Shown here: piece after piece, positions 53,087 to 63,407 of the stretch
Layout: each line of letters starts with the position of its first letter
How positions within the stretch are numbered: position 1 is the first letter of the stretch
NCBI GenBank assembly: GCA_026399475.1
Contig: JAPLQY010000032.1
Location: 149,817 to 213,816 of the forward strand
Direction: 5' to 3'
DNA: 64,000 nt
Source of the DNA: Rhodocyclales bacterium
GTDB taxonomy: Bacteria > Pseudomonadota > Gammaproteobacteria > Burkholderiales > Rhodocyclaceae
Program-made: the position numbers and the translations under genes
The notes under the pieces: model-generated
Seen by the model: only the letters and a program-made list of their open reading frames with translations
Database searches by the model: none
Told to the model about the DNA's origin: nothing

Positions 53087-53839
53087 ATGATGCAACGAGA
53101 TTCGATTCCCGATCTGGCCGACACCGAACTGGTCGCTGTCGTGGCCGAAAAGTCCGCGCTGGCGCTGCGCTGCCTGCGCGACGTCGCGCGCGACTACGCG
53201 CCTGTCGTCTTCGCCAACAGTTTCGGTGCCGAAGACATGGTGCTGACCGACATGATCTGGCGTGAGAATCTCGACATCGGCATCTTCTCGCTCGATACCG
53301 GCCGCCTGCCGGCCGAGACTTACGCTCTGATGGCGGACGCCGAGCGCCATTACGGCAAGCGCCTGCGGATCTTCGCGCCGCGACACGACACGGTGCAGGA
53401 CTTCGTCGCCGGCTTCGGCATCAACGGCTTCTACGATTCTGTCGAGGCGCGCAAGGCATGCTGCCACGCACGCAAGGTGGAGCCGCTGCAGCGCGCGCTG
53501 GCCGGCAAGCAGGCGTGGATCACCGGTCTGCGCGCGGCGCAGTCGCAGACGCGCGACAAGCTCAAGGTGGTGGCCTTCGACCACGGCAACAACCTGGTCA
53601 AGATCAGTCCGCTGGCCGACTGGAGCGAGCACGAGGTGTGGGTCTATCTGCGCGCCAACCGCGTGCCCTACAACAAGCTGCATGACCGCTGCTTCCCCAG
53701 CATCGGCTGCGCCCCCTGCACGCGCGCTGCGCAGCCGGGCGAGGATGTCCGTGCCGGACGCTGGTGGTGGGAGAGCCCGGAACAAAAAGAATGTGGTCTG
53801 CACCTGGTCGACGGCGAGCTGCAAAGGGTGGCGGCATGA
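53087..53839 (+). CDS. cysH: APS reductase (Fe-S type CysH)
   Basis: CC..RKVEPL, SIGCAPCT, RAGRWWWE..KECGLH. Confidence 0.92.
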   Translation: MMQRDSIPDLADTELVAVVAEKSALALRCLRDVARDYAPVVFANSFGAEDMVLTDMIWRENLDIGIFSLDTGRLPAETYALMADAERHYGKRLRIFAPRHDTVQDFVAGFGINGFYDSVEARKACCHARKVEPLQRALAGKQAWITGLRAAQSQTRDKLKVVAFDHGNNLVKISPLADWSEHEVWVYLRANRVPYNKLHDRCFPSIGCAPCTRAAQPGEDVRAGRWWWESPEQKECGLHLVDGELQRVAA

Positions 53840-54819
53840 ACGCACCGGTCCTAGACAATTCCGTTCGGGCCGGGCTTGTCGAAGTCCAGGTTGCCCTTCG
53901 ACAGGCTCAGGGCGAACGGAGAAGCTCACTTGACCATCTCGAATGGCTCGAAGCCGAGGCCATCCACATCCTGCGCGAGGTGGCGGGGCAATGCGCCCAT
54001 CCGGCACTACTGTTTTCCGGCGGCAAGGACTCCATCGTGCTGCTGCGCCTGGCCGAGAAGGCCTTCCGGCCCGCGCGCTTTCCCTTCCCGCTGCTGCACA
54101 TCGATACCGGCCATAACTATCCGGAGGTGATCGACTTCCGCGATTCTCGCGCCTGCGAGTTGGGTGAACGCCTGATCGTGCGCTCGGTCGAGGATTCGAT
54201 GGCACGTGGCAGCGTAGTGCTGAAATCGGTCGACGAGTCGCGCAACAAACACCAGTCGGTGACCCTGCTCGAAGCCATCGAGGAATTCGGCTTCGACGCC
54301 TGCATCGGCGGCGCCCGGCGCGACGAGGAAAAGGCCCGCGCCAAGGAGCGCATCTTTTCCTTCCGCGACGAATTCGGCCAGTGGGATCCGAAGAACCAGC
54401 GCCCCGAACTCTGGGACCTCTACAACGCACGTGTACACAAGGGCGAGAACATTCGCGTCTTTCCGATCTCGAACTGGACCGAGCTCGACGTCTGGCAGTA
54501 CATCGAGCGCGAAGCACTGGCCCTGCCGCCGATCTACTTCGCCCACACGCGACCTGTCGTCCGCCGCAAGGGCTTGCTGCAGCCGGTCACCGAACTGACA
54601 CCGGCCCGCGAAGGCGACAGCGTCGAGCAGTTGCGCGTACGCTTCCGCACCGTCGGCGACATCACCTGCACCGCGCCGGTGGAATCCGACGCGGACTCGG
54701 TGGCCAAGATCATCGCCGAAACCGCCACCACCACCATCACCGAACGCGGGGCCACCCGCCTGGACGACCAGGCGTCCGAAGCCGCCATGGAACAACGCAA
54801 AAGAGAGGGTTACTTTTGA
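53836..54819 (+). CDS. cysD: Sulfate adenylyltransferase subunit 2
   Basis: FSGGKDS, GGARRDEEKARAKER, RFRTVGD, KREGYF. Confidence 0.95.
   Translation: MNAPVLDNSVRAGLVEVQVALRQAQGERRSSLDHLEWLEAEAIHILREVAGQCAHPALLFSGGKDSIVLLRLAEKAFRPARFPFPLLHIDTGHNYPEVIDFRDSRACELGERLIVRSVEDSMARGSVVLKSVDESRNKHQSVTLLEAIEEFGFDACIGGARRDEEKARAKERIFSFRDEFGQWDPKNQRPELWDLYNARVHKGENIRVFPISNWTELDVWQYIEREALALPPIYFAHTRPVVRRKGLLQPVTELTPAREGDSVEQLRVRFRTVGDITCTAPVESDADSVAKIIAETATTTITERGATRLDDQASEAAMEQRKREGYF
53860..53920. repeat. 61-bp palindrome translated in the CysD N-terminus
   Basis: TCCGTTCG..GCTTGTCGAAG / CTTCGACAGGC..CGAACGGA. Confidence 0.75.
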
Positions 54820-56126
54820 TGAGTGCGATGGAACGCCTGCCCGAGTTCGAAAGCCCCGTGGACAACGGCCTGCTGCGTTTCCTGACGTGCGGCAGCGTCG
54901 ACGACGGCAAGAGCACGCTGATCGGCCGCCTGCTGTTTGACACCAAGGCGATACTCGCCGACACCCTGCACGCGATAGCGAAGACCTCCGAGAGGCGCGG
55001 CCTGGCAGCAGTCGACCTCTCGCTGCTGACCGACGGCCTGCAGGCCGAGCGCGAACAGGGCATCACCATCGACGTCGCCTACCGTTACTTCAGCACCGGT
55101 CGGCGCAAGTACATCATCGCCGACGCGCCGGGCCACGAGCAGTACACGCGCAACATGGTGACGGCGGCCTCGACCGCCGACCTCGCCATCATCCTGATCG
55201 ACGCGCGCAAGGGTGTGCTGACGCAGACCCGGCGCCATTCCTACCTCGCCCACTTGCTGGATATTCCGCACCTGGTGGTGGCGGTGAACAAGATGGACCT
55301 GGTCGACTACGACCGGGCGGCCTTCGAACGCATCCGCGCCGACTACCTCGACTTCGCCGCCCGCCTCGGCATCGGCAAAGTGCGCTTCATTCCGCTGTCG
55401 GCGCTGAACGGCGACATGCTGGTCGAGCGCGGCGAACGCCTCGACTGGTACACCGGCCCGACCCTGCTCGACGTGCTGGAAAACGCGCCGCCGGCACACT
55501 CCGGCCGCGACGAGGGTTTCCGCTTCCCGGTGCAGTACGTCTGTCGCCCGCAGGCTTCGGGCGACCGCCGGCTGCATGATTTCCGCGGGTTCATGGGACG
55601 CGTCGAGTCGGGCGAAATCGCCGTCGGCGAGGAAATCACGGTGCTGCCGTCTGGGCAACGCAGCCGCATCAAGGACATCCAGCTCGGCGGCCTTTCACTC
55701 ACTGCGGCCTGCGCCGAGCAATCGGTGACGCTGTTGCTGGAGGACGAGATCGACATCTCGCGTGGCGACATGATTGTGCGCGCCGCCGACCATGGCGCGC
55801 AGAAGGCGGCGCAGGTGGTGTGGCAACTCGACGCCATGCTCTGCTGGCTGTCCGAGACTCCGCTCGACCCGCAGCGCCAGTACGTGATCCGTCAGACCAC
55901 GCGTGAATCCCGCGCCGTACTGGCGGGCATCGAGTACCGGGTGGACATCAACTCGCTGGAACATGTCTCGGTTGAAAGGCTGGCGATGAACGACATCGCC
56001 CGCGTCGGCTTCAAGCTGGCGCAGCCGCTGTGCGTAGACCGCTATGCCGACAACCGAACCACCGGTGCCTTCATCGTGATCGACGAGACCACCAACAACA
56101 CGATCGGCGCCGGGATGATTCTTTGA
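54819..56126 (+). CDS. cysN: Sulfate adenylyltransferase subunit 1
   Basis: GSVDDGKSTLIGRLL, EREQGITID, DAPGH, NKMD; no CysC domain. Confidence 0.95.
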   Translation: MSAMERLPEFESPVDNGLLRFLTCGSVDDGKSTLIGRLLFDTKAILADTLHAIAKTSERRGLAAVDLSLLTDGLQAEREQGITIDVAYRYFSTGRRKYIIADAPGHEQYTRNMVTAASTADLAIILIDARKGVLTQTRRHSYLAHLLDIPHLVVAVNKMDLVDYDRAAFERIRADYLDFAARLGIGKVRFIPLSALNGDMLVERGERLDWYTGPTLLDVLENAPPAHSGRDEGFRFPVQYVCRPQASGDRRLHDFRGFMGRVESGEIAVGEEITVLPSGQRSRIKDIQLGGLSLTAACAEQSVTLLLEDEIDISRGDMIVRAADHGAQKAAQVVWQLDAMLCWLSETPLDPQRQYVIRQTTRESRAVLAGIEYRVDINSLEHVSVERLAMNDIARVGFKLAQPLCVDRYADNRTTGAFIVIDETTNNTIGAGMIL

Positions 56127-56153
56127 TCGGCACTACCCTGCCGACACGCCAGC

Positions 56154-57059
56154 CTAGGCCTTCTTCGCCCGCGGATGCGCCGCGTCGTAGATTTTCGCCA
56201 GGTGCTGAAAATCCAGATGCGTATAAATCTGTGTGGCGGCAATGCTGGCGTGGCCGAGCATTTCCTGTACCGCGCGCAGGTCGCCGGAGGATTGCAGCAC
56301 GTGCGAGGCAAATGAGTGGCGCAGCATGTGGGGATGCACATGCACGCCCACACCCTGCCGTTGCGCCCACTGTGCGAGCCGGCCTTGGACTTGCCGGGCT
56401 GTGAGCCGGGTGCCGTTGCGGCCGAGGAAGAGTGCCGGCTCTGTGTCTTGAGCGAATTGCGGGCGCAGCGCCAGCCACGCCTCAAGGGCGCTACGCGCCT
56501 TGTCGCCGACCGGCACCGTGCGGGTCTTCTGCCGCTTGCCGGTGACGGTGACTTCGCCTGCCGCCAGATCCAGCCCGCCGGGCCAGTCGAGGCTCACCAG
56601 TTCAGACAGCCGCAGGCCGGAGGAATAGAGCAGTTCGAACATTGCCGCATCGCGCACCTGCAGCGGCCCATTTGCCAAACCCGCGGCCAAACTCGCCGCC
56701 GGCCTGTCAAGCAATGCGGCTGCCTGATCGATGCCCAGCGCCTTGGGCAGGGTGCGCGGGCGCTTGGGTGCGCGCAGGCCATCCGCGGGATTCAGCGCGA
56801 TGATGCCGCGCCGTGTCAGCCAGGCGTAATAGCTGCGCCAGGCGGACAGGGTGCGCGCGATGGAACGCGGCGCGAGTTCCTGCGCGTGCAAAGCCATCAG
56901 GCCGCGCCTCAGTTGCACGGTCTTCAGGGCCGCCAGTTCAGTACCGGCCGCCAGTGACGTAAGGCGTGCCAGATCGCGGCGGTAGGCGTCCAGCGTATGC
57001 GGGCTGGCACGGCGCTGTATTGCAAGTTCGGTCAGGAAACTCTCAACCGAGGCGTCCAT
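56154..57059 (-). CDS. xerC: Tyrosine recombinase XerC
   Basis: GLRLSEL, HPHMLRHSFASH, LGHA..TQIYTH; dapF-DUF484-xerC order. Confidence 0.93.
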   Translation of the reverse strand: MDASVESFLTELAIQRRASPHTLDAYRRDLARLTSLAAGTELAALKTVQLRRGLMALHAQELAPRSIARTLSAWRSYYAWLTRRGIIALNPADGLRAPKRPRTLPKALGIDQAAALLDRPAASLAAGLANGPLQVRDAAMFELLYSSGLRLSELVSLDWPGGLDLAAGEVTVTGKRQKTRTVPVGDKARSALEAWLALRPQFAQDTEPALFLGRNGTRLTARQVQGRLAQWAQRQGVGVHVHPHMLRHSFASHVLQSSGDLRAVQEMLGHASIAATQIYTHLDFQHLAKIYDAAHPRAKKA

Positions 57060-57067
57060 GAAATTAG

Positions 57068-57216
57068 CGTGAAACAACCCGTTCGGAGCGACTGAGGATA
57101 GTCGAGCGAAGCGAGCTGACCAGTAGCCCCGCCCTGGGGCGGGGATGGGGGTGGGGGGGCTTCAATTCGCCTTTCACGTGTTTCATCATCAGGGGTGCCG
57201 GATCACTGCATGAAAG
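57068..57216 (+). repeat. Family B junction element, copy 3 (DUF484-xerC)
   Basis: CGTGAAAC..CATGAAAG flanked by TTAG and TCAG. Confidence 0.88.
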
Positions 57217-57867
57217 TCAGGCGATAACTCTCAGCAGGGCCGCCGAAGCCATCTCGCCGATGCGCTCCAGATACAGCGTGCCGAGTTCCGGGTAGAAGCG
57301 GTGCGGTTCTTCGCTGGCCATGACCAGCAGGCCGAAGCAGGCGCCGCCGGATTCGCGCAGCGGTACCTGGGTCATCGAGCGCAAATGCGTTGCCGCTTCG
57401 CCAAACCAGGCCAGGGATTCCTGACCGGTCACGGTTCCGCAATAGGGTCGCTGCAGGTTCGAGGCAAAAACCTTGACCGCATCGGCAACGGCGTCGAACT
57501 CGTGGCCGTCGCCTTGTCCCGCACCCCACAGACGCAACGTGACATGCGGTACGGCGAAGGCGCCGCCCAGATGCGAATACAGGGCGCGCACCACTGCCGC
57601 CTGATCGGTGGCAGCAATCAGGGCCGCGGCAAGGCCATGCACTTTTTCGGAAATCGAGTCGTTTTCCTCGCCGAAACTGATCAGCTCGACCAGCTTGGAT
57701 TCGAGCGTGCGCACCTTGTCGCGCAAGTTGAAGAGCTGCTTTTCGGTGATCGAGATGGCTCGTCCGCTGTGCGGATCGGGCAGGGTCACCAGCGCCAGCA
57801 TGTCAGCGTACTGGTCGAAGAATTCCGGGTGATCGTGGAGGTAGCGGGCGACGTCTTCCGATTTCAT
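57217..57867 (-). CDS. DUF484 (YigA) family protein
   Basis: VARYL..HPEFF, ENDSI, GTLYLERIG. Confidence 0.9.
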   Translation of the reverse strand: MKSEDVARYLHDHPEFFDQYADMLALVTLPDPHSGRAISITEKQLFNLRDKVRTLESKLVELISFGEENDSISEKVHGLAAALIAATDQAAVVRALYSHLGGAFAVPHVTLRLWGAGQGDGHEFDAVADAVKVFASNLQRPYCGTVTGQESLAWFGEAATHLRSMTQVPLRESGGACFGLLVMASEEPHRFYPELGTLYLERIGEMASAALLRVIA

Positions 57868-57875
57868 GTGAGGTC

Positions 57876-58763
57876 TCATATAAGGTTGCTCGGTAGTTCG
57901 ATCTCTGCGGTAAATACGGTGGTCGCCGGGCCGGTCATGATGACCGGCTGGCGAGTTTGGTTTGTGGTGCCCGTGTCGCCGGCTGCACTGTTCCAGACAA
58001 TGGACAGGTCGCCGCCGTGCGTAGTGACGCGCACCGGCGAATCCAGCAGGCCGCGGCGGATGCCGGCCACCACGGCGGCGCAGGCGCCGGTGCCGCAGGC
58101 CAGGGTCTCGCCGGCGCCGCGCTCATAAACCCGCAGGCGAATGGCATGACGGTCGACAATCTGCATGAAGCCGGCATTGACCCGGCGCGGAAAGCGCGGG
58201 TGGGACTCGATCAGCGGGCCGAGCCGGGCCACAGGTGCGGCGTCTATGTCGGGCACCACCTGTACGGCATGCGGATTGCCCATCGAGACGACGCTGATGT
58301 CGACTTGCTCCCCGTCCACATCGAGCGGCTGCACCACGGCGTCCCTCATTTCCGTCAACGGGCTATCGAAGGGAATCTCTGCCGGCAGGAAACGCGGCAC
58401 GCCCATGTCAACGGCGACCTGGCCGTCGGCCTCGAGGCGCAGCGTAATCGGGCCCGCTTGCGTCTCGACGCGGATCTCGCGCGCAGTCGTCAATCCCTGT
58501 TCATGCACGAAGCGCACAAAGCAGCGCGCGCCGTTGCCGCACTGTTCCACCTCGCCGCCATCGGCGTTGAAAATGCGATAGCGGAAATCAACGCCGGGCG
58601 CGTGCGCAGGCTCGACGACAAGAATCTGGTCGCAGCCGACGCCGAAATGGCGGTCGGCGAGAAAGCGCGCCTGGGCCGGAGTCGGCACGAAGTCCTGATG
58701 GATGGCGTCGAGCACGACGAAGTCGTTGCCGAGGCCATGCATCTTGGTGAAGCGAATTTTCAT
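57876..58763 (-). CDS. dapF: Diaminopimelate epimerase
   Basis: [32 protein letters not shown]. Confidence 0.96.
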   Translation of the reverse strand: MKIRFTKMHGLGNDFVVLDAIHQDFVPTPAQARFLADRHFGVGCDQILVVEPAHAPGVDFRYRIFNADGGEVEQCGNGARCFVRFVHEQGLTTAREIRVETQAGPITLRLEADGQVAVDMGVPRFLPAEIPFDSPLTEMRDAVVQPLDVDGEQVDISVVSMGNPHAVQVVPDIDAAPVARLGPLIESHPRFPRRVNAGFMQIVDRHAIRLRVYERGAGETLACGTGACAAVVAGIRRGLLDSPVRVTTHGGDLSIVWNSAAGDTGTTNQTRQPVIMTGPATTVFTAEIELPSNLI

Positions 58764-58813
58764 GGTCCAAGGATACGCCGTAGTGCCAGCGCCGACTTCC
58801 GGCAATTGAGGGG

Positions 58814-59683
58814 TCAATAAACCCCTTTTTCGCCCGGTGGCCGCGTCTTGAAGCGTTTGTGCAGCCAGTAGTACTGCTCGGGCGACTTCAGCACTTCAGC
58901 CTCGATGAAGGCGTTCAGGCGCCTTGCGTTGTCGGCTTCGCCTACGTCGCCGGCGCCGGGGAAATCCGTCCACGGCTCGCCCACCGTGGCGACATAGCCG
59001 ACAGACTCCATGCGCGTGACGAGTGGAATCACGGGTGCTCCGGTCAGCTTCGCCAGGCGCGCCAGCCCGTTGATGGTGGCGGTCTGCACGCCGAAAAACG
59101 AAACGAAGACCGATTCTTTCGGGCCGTAGTCCATGTCCGGCGAGTAGTGGAAGAACCGCCCTTCCTTCATCGAGCGCAAGGCCTTCTTGATGCCTTCCTG
59201 ACGCGACACCAGCTCGCAATTGCCGAAGCGCTGGCGTCCGCCGTTCATTGCCGCCTCGAACACGCGATTCTTCTGGTGGGTGTACATCGCCACCACGCCA
59301 TGCTCCAGCATCAAGCGAATGGCGCCGGCGTCGATGCCGACGAAATGCGGCACCAGCAGGATCACTGGCTGGTCCTGGTACGCGGCGAGTTTCTCGCCGC
59401 CTTCGAGGCGCACCAGGCGCCGGATGCGCTGCGGCGAAGCCCACCACCACAGGCCGAGCTCGAGGATGCTGCGACCGAAGGCCATGAAGTGCCGTCGCGC
59501 CAGCGCCGACCTCTCGACCGCCGACAGTTGCGGAAAGCACAGGCCGAGATTGGTCAGCGTGACATGCCGCCGCTCACCGACCAGCACGTAGAGAGCCAGT
59601 CCGAGGCCGCGGCCGAGTGCAGCCAGCAGCGGCAACGGCAGCCAGTGCAGGAGCCACATCAAGGCGAGAACGAGTCGTGTCAC
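58814..59683 (-). CDS. Lipid A secondary acyltransferase (LpxL/HtrB family)
   Basis: [23 protein letters not shown]. Confidence 0.88.
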   Translation of the reverse strand: MTRLVLALMWLLHWLPLPLLAALGRGLGLALYVLVGERRHVTLTNLGLCFPQLSAVERSALARRHFMAFGRSILELGLWWWASPQRIRRLVRLEGGEKLAAYQDQPVILLVPHFVGIDAGAIRLMLEHGVVAMYTHQKNRVFEAAMNGGRQRFGNCELVSRQEGIKKALRSMKEGRFFHYSPDMDYGPKESVFVSFFGVQTATINGLARLAKLTGAPVIPLVTRMESVGYVATVGEPWTDFPGAGDVGEADNARRLNAFIEAEVLKSPEQYYWLHKRFKTRPPGEKGVY

Positions 59684-59684
59684 T

Positions 59685-60314
59685 TCAGTCCGCCACGCCC
59701 GACCGTGCAGGCTGGTCTGGAAAATGCGTCGCTGCGAGCTCGCGCATCTCCTTGTCTGATCGCACCCCTTTGCTCGCGATTGCCCAGAGGTCGAAGTGGG
59801 GCTTGCCGCGTGCTGTCGCTGCGACTCCCTGGAAGCGGCTGGCTCGCAGGGTAGCAAGCAACACCTTTTGCGTGAATCCGCAGCGGTGCGCCATGAAAAG
59901 ATTTCCCCGGGCGAGTTGTGGCCGGTGGCCGTAGAGAATGTCGATCGGCGCAATCGGTCCGGCGGGGCTGGTGTAGATCGTATCGGTGAGTTTGTCCTCG
60001 GCAACCATGCGTGCAACGGATTGCAGGTCGGGACAGGTAATGACTAGAAAGCCGTCGGGTTTGAGAACGCGCAGGAACTCGCTTAATGCAATCGGCACTT
60101 CGTGGGGATAGAGGTGCTCGATGTTGTGACTGGAGTAGACCGCATCAACGCTCCCATCGCCTAGCGCAGCCATGTCGGTCATGGTGCCGACAATGTCCGG
60201 TTGCACGGCTTTGTCTATATCGAGACGAAGTTCAGTCCATTCCACGGTATTGAAGCCTGCCGTGGTCCGGCTCTTGTTTTTTGTGCCACAGCCGACATGG
60301 AGGAACTTGGGCAT
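59685..60314 (-). CDS. Class I SAM-dependent methyltransferase
   Basis: LHVGCG, DAVYSSHNIEH, RVLKPDG..CPDL. Confidence 0.82.
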   Translation of the reverse strand: MPKFLHVGCGTKNKSRTTAGFNTVEWTELRLDIDKAVQPDIVGTMTDMAALGDGSVDAVYSSHNIEHLYPHEVPIALSEFLRVLKPDGFLVITCPDLQSVARMVAEDKLTDTIYTSPAGPIAPIDILYGHRPQLARGNLFMAHRCGFTQKVLLATLRASRFQGVAATARGKPHFDLWAIASKGVRSDKEMRELAATHFPDQPARSGVAD

Positions 60315-60391
60315 CAGGCTGTCCTCGTCATTTCTTGCGCGCTGGCGAACCATGGGTGCTGGCTCACAGCGTTCCGATTCCATGTCAAGAT

Positions 60392-61246
60392 CTATCCCTC
60401 CGGGGCTTCCGGCGGTTGAGCTCCCGCCGGCACCTTGTAGCGGTTATAGCCCCACAGATACTGCTCGGGGCACTGCCGGATCAGCGTCTCCAGTTCTCGG
60501 TTGAGTTGCGTCGCGCGCTGTAAGAGATTGCCTTCGAGCGGCGCCGAGAGGGGAAACAGCTTAAGGTGATAGCCGGCGCCGTAGTGCAGGCGCTCGCCAT
60601 AGGCCAGCAGCACCGTGGCCCCGGTTTCCGCCAGACGCGCTGCCAGCGTCATGGTGTAGGCGGGCCTGCCGAAAAAGGGCAGCCAGGCGCCTTCGCCATT
60701 GCCGGGCACCTGGTCGGGCAGCATGCCCGCCGCCTCGCCGCCCTTCAGCGCTTTCAGCAGGCGTCGCACGCCGGAAAGGTCGGCAGGGGCAAGCTTGAGA
60801 TTCGCACCGCGTCCCTCCTCGATCAGGGGCGCCAGCCAACCCTGTTTGGGCCGCCGATAGAGCACGGTGATTGGCTTCCTGGCCGCGTAGTACTGTGCGG
60901 TGATCTCGAAGCAACCCAGATGCGGGGTCAGGAACAGGATGCCGCGTTCGGCTGCCCAGGCGGCCTCGACCAGTTCCCAGCCGGAAACGCGGACCACGCG
61001 GTCGACCACTTCGTGCTGTGGCCGCAGCCAGATGGTCGGCAGTTCCAGCAGCGACTTGCCGGCCTCGGCAATTGCTGCGCTCTGCGCTCCTGTCAGGCCG
61101 GCCTGCTCGATATGCCGGGAAAAGTTGCGCCGGTAGGTGGCCGACAACAGCCACGCCAGCCAGCCGGCGAGCGCGCCGAGGTTGTGCACCAGCGGCAGCG
61201 GCAAACGGGCCAGCACTCTGAAAACAACCGGGAACAGGGAGGGCAT
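60392..61246 (-). CDS. Lipid A / lysophospholipid acyltransferase (LpxL family)
   Basis: TPHLGCFE, LPDQVP, PEQYLWGYNRYK. Confidence 0.88.
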   Translation of the reverse strand: MPSLFPVVFRVLARLPLPLVHNLGALAGWLAWLLSATYRRNFSRHIEQAGLTGAQSAAIAEAGKSLLELPTIWLRPQHEVVDRVVRVSGWELVEAAWAAERGILFLTPHLGCFEITAQYYAARKPITVLYRRPKQGWLAPLIEEGRGANLKLAPADLSGVRRLLKALKGGEAAGMLPDQVPGNGEGAWLPFFGRPAYTMTLAARLAETGATVLLAYGERLHYGAGYHLKLFPLSAPLEGNLLQRATQLNRELETLIRQCPEQYLWGYNRYKVPAGAQPPEAPEG

Positions 61247-61326
61247 CGAAGGATGGGAAGGTGCCAAAGCAAGTAGAATTATCGCCTACTGTTCGCTCCT
61301 CGGACCATTCTCCCGATTTCTCCGTC

Positions 61327-62301
61327 ATGACCAAAAAGCTCCGTGCTGCCGTAATCGGCGTCGGTTACCTGGGCCGCTTTCATGCCCAGAAGTATGCTGC
61401 GCTCAGCGCGGCGAATGCCGGTGTGGAACTGGTCGGGGTGGTGGATGCTCACCCGGAGACGGCGCAACGCGTGGCGAAAGAACTCGGCGTGGCGGCCTTC
61501 ACCGATTACCGCGAGCTGCTCGGCGCCAGCCCGCGGGTGGATCTGGTCTCGGTCGCCAGCACCACTGAAACCCACCATGCCGTGGCCCGCGATTGCCTGG
61601 CGGCCGGCGTGCATGTGCTGGCGGAAAAGCCGATCACCATCACCGTGGCGCAGGCCGACGAACTGATTGCGCTGGCCGACGCGAAGCACCTGGTGCTGCA
61701 GGTCGGCCATCTCGAGCGCTTCAATCCGGCCTGGCTCGCGGTGAAGGACAAGATCAGGCGGCCGGTATTCATTGAGGCGCACCGCATGGCGCCGTTCAAG
61801 GCGCGCGGCATCGACGTTTCGGTGGTGCTCGACCTGATGATCCACGATCTCGACCTGATCCTGCCGCTGGTCGGCAGCCCGGTCGCCGACCTGCGCGCTT
61901 CGGGCGTCTCGGTGCTGACCGACGGCATCGACATCGCCAACGCGCGCATCGAATTCGCCAACGGCTGCGTTGCCAACCTGACTGCCAGCCGCACCTCGAC
62001 CGCCAGCCTGCGCCGCCTGCGAGTGTTCCAGCATCACGAATACATTTCGATCGATTTCGGCGACCGCCGCATCGGCATCAGCAAGAGGCGCGATGCCCTG
62101 GTTGAAGGTGAACCGCCGATCGACACCGAGACCTTCCAGCAACCGCCCGGCGATGCACTGATGACCGAGATCCAGGCCTTCGTCGATGCCGTCCGCGACG
62201 GCACCCCGGCCGTGGTCAGCGGCCGCGAAGGCCGCGACGCGCTGGCCATTGCGCTGCAGATCGACCGCATGATCGCCGCCCGCCAGAATTCACTTTCCTG
62301 A
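61327..62301 (+). CDS. gnnA: Gfo/Idh/MocA oxidoreductase, GnnA-like UDP-GlcNAc 3-dehydrogenase
   Basis: GVGYLGRFHAQKY, EKP, GHLERFN, DLMIHD; context with a DegT aminotransferase and lpxA. Confidence 0.7.
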   Translation: MTKKLRAAVIGVGYLGRFHAQKYAALSAANAGVELVGVVDAHPETAQRVAKELGVAAFTDYRELLGASPRVDLVSVASTTETHHAVARDCLAAGVHVLAEKPITITVAQADELIALADAKHLVLQVGHLERFNPAWLAVKDKIRRPVFIEAHRMAPFKARGIDVSVVLDLMIHDLDLILPLVGSPVADLRASGVSVLTDGIDIANARIEFANGCVANLTASRTSTASLRRLRVFQHHEYISIDFGDRRIGISKRRDALVEGEPPIDTETFQQPPGDALMTEIQAFVDAVRDGTPAVVSGREGRDALAIALQIDRMIAARQNSLS

Positions 62302-62312
62302 AGCCCGCTCCC

Positions 62313-63407
62313 ATGAACATTCCCATGCTCGATCTCAAGGCCGAATACGCCTTGCTGCGCGACGAAATCGAACCCGCCGTGCTCGATGCGCTGGCTGCCT
62401 GCCAGTACATCGGCGGCCCCAACGTCAAGGCCTTCGAGGCTGAGGCCGCCGACTATGCCGGCGTCAAGCATGCGATTTCCTGCGCCTCGGGCACCGACGC
62501 CCTGCTGATCGCGCTGCGCGCCATCGGCCTCGGCCCGGGCGACGAGGTGATCACGACACCCTTCACCTTCATCGCCACCACCTCGACGGTAGTCATGTGC
62601 GGCGCCAGCCCGGTGTTCGTCGATATCGATCCGCGGACTTTCAACCTCGACCTGAACCAGGTCGAAGCCGCGATCACCCCGCGTACCAAGGCAATTGTAC
62701 CGGTGCACCTGTTCGGCCAGCCGGTGCATCTGGCGCCGCTGAAGGCGCTGTGCGACAAGCACGGACTGAAGCTCATCGAGGATGCCGCGCAGTCCTTCGG
62801 TGCCGACTATGCCGGACGCAAGTCGGGGGCTTACGGCGACATCGGCTGCACCTCGTTTTATCCATCGAAGAATCTCTCGGCCTTCGGCGACGGCGGCCTG
62901 ATGATTACCGACAACGACCAGCTCGCTGCCGAACTGCGCGTGCTAGCCAGCCATGGCTCGCGGGTGCGCTACCATCATCACGTGCTGGGCTACAACTCGC
63001 GCCTCGACGAAATCCAGGCGGTGATCCTGCGCATCAAATTGAAGCGCCTCGATCATTTCAACGATCGCCGTCGCGCCATCGCCGACGCTTATAACCAGCA
63101 GTTGGCGGGTCTGGTAGAAACGCCATTTGCAGATGGCCATGGCCGCCACGTCTATCACCAATACACAATCCTCTCCGACCGCCGCGATGCGATCCAGAAA
63201 GTGCTGACGGACGCGAGGATTGCCTGTGCCGTGTACTACCCGGTGCCGCTGCACCAGCAGGAGATGTTTACCGCCACGCATGGCACGGTCAGGCTGCCGG
63301 TGACCGAGAAGGTCGCGCAACGCTGCCTGTCACTGCCGATTTCGCCGATGCTGAAAGACGAGCAGATCAAGCGCATCGCCGGGGTGATCCGGCAGGCGCT
63401 GACGTGA
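62313..63407 (+). CDS. gnnB: DegT/DnrJ aminotransferase, GnnB-like
   Basis: SGTDAL, EDAAQSFGA, SFYPSKNL, NSRLDEIQA. Confidence 0.7.
   Translation: MNIPMLDLKAEYALLRDEIEPAVLDALAACQYIGGPNVKAFEAEAADYAGVKHAISCASGTDALLIALRAIGLGPGDEVITTPFTFIATTSTVVMCGASPVFVDIDPRTFNLDLNQVEAAITPRTKAIVPVHLFGQPVHLAPLKALCDKHGLKLIEDAAQSFGADYAGRKSGAYGDIGCTSFYPSKNLSAFGDGGLMITDNDQLAAELRVLASHGSRVRYHHHVLGYNSRLDEIQAVILRIKLKRLDHFNDRRRAIADAYNQQLAGLVETPFADGHGRHVYHQYTILSDRRDAIQKVLTDARIACAVYYPVPLHQQEMFTATHGTVRLPVTEKVAQRCLSLPISPMLKDEQIKRIAGVIRQALT

Noticed and set aside
50835-56126. Absence of cysC and cysJ as a pathway defect
   Set aside because: Fe-S APS reductase bypasses CysC, and cysI-DUF934 without cysJ is a common arrangement.
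56154-57059. Tyrosine recombinase as a prophage or island integrase
   Set aside because: The dapF-DUF484-xerC context identifies housekeeping XerC; no phage genes or att sites seen.
57940-57995. Short extra loop near the DapF C-terminus ([14 protein letters not shown])
   Set aside because: Too short and not matching any repeat in the window.
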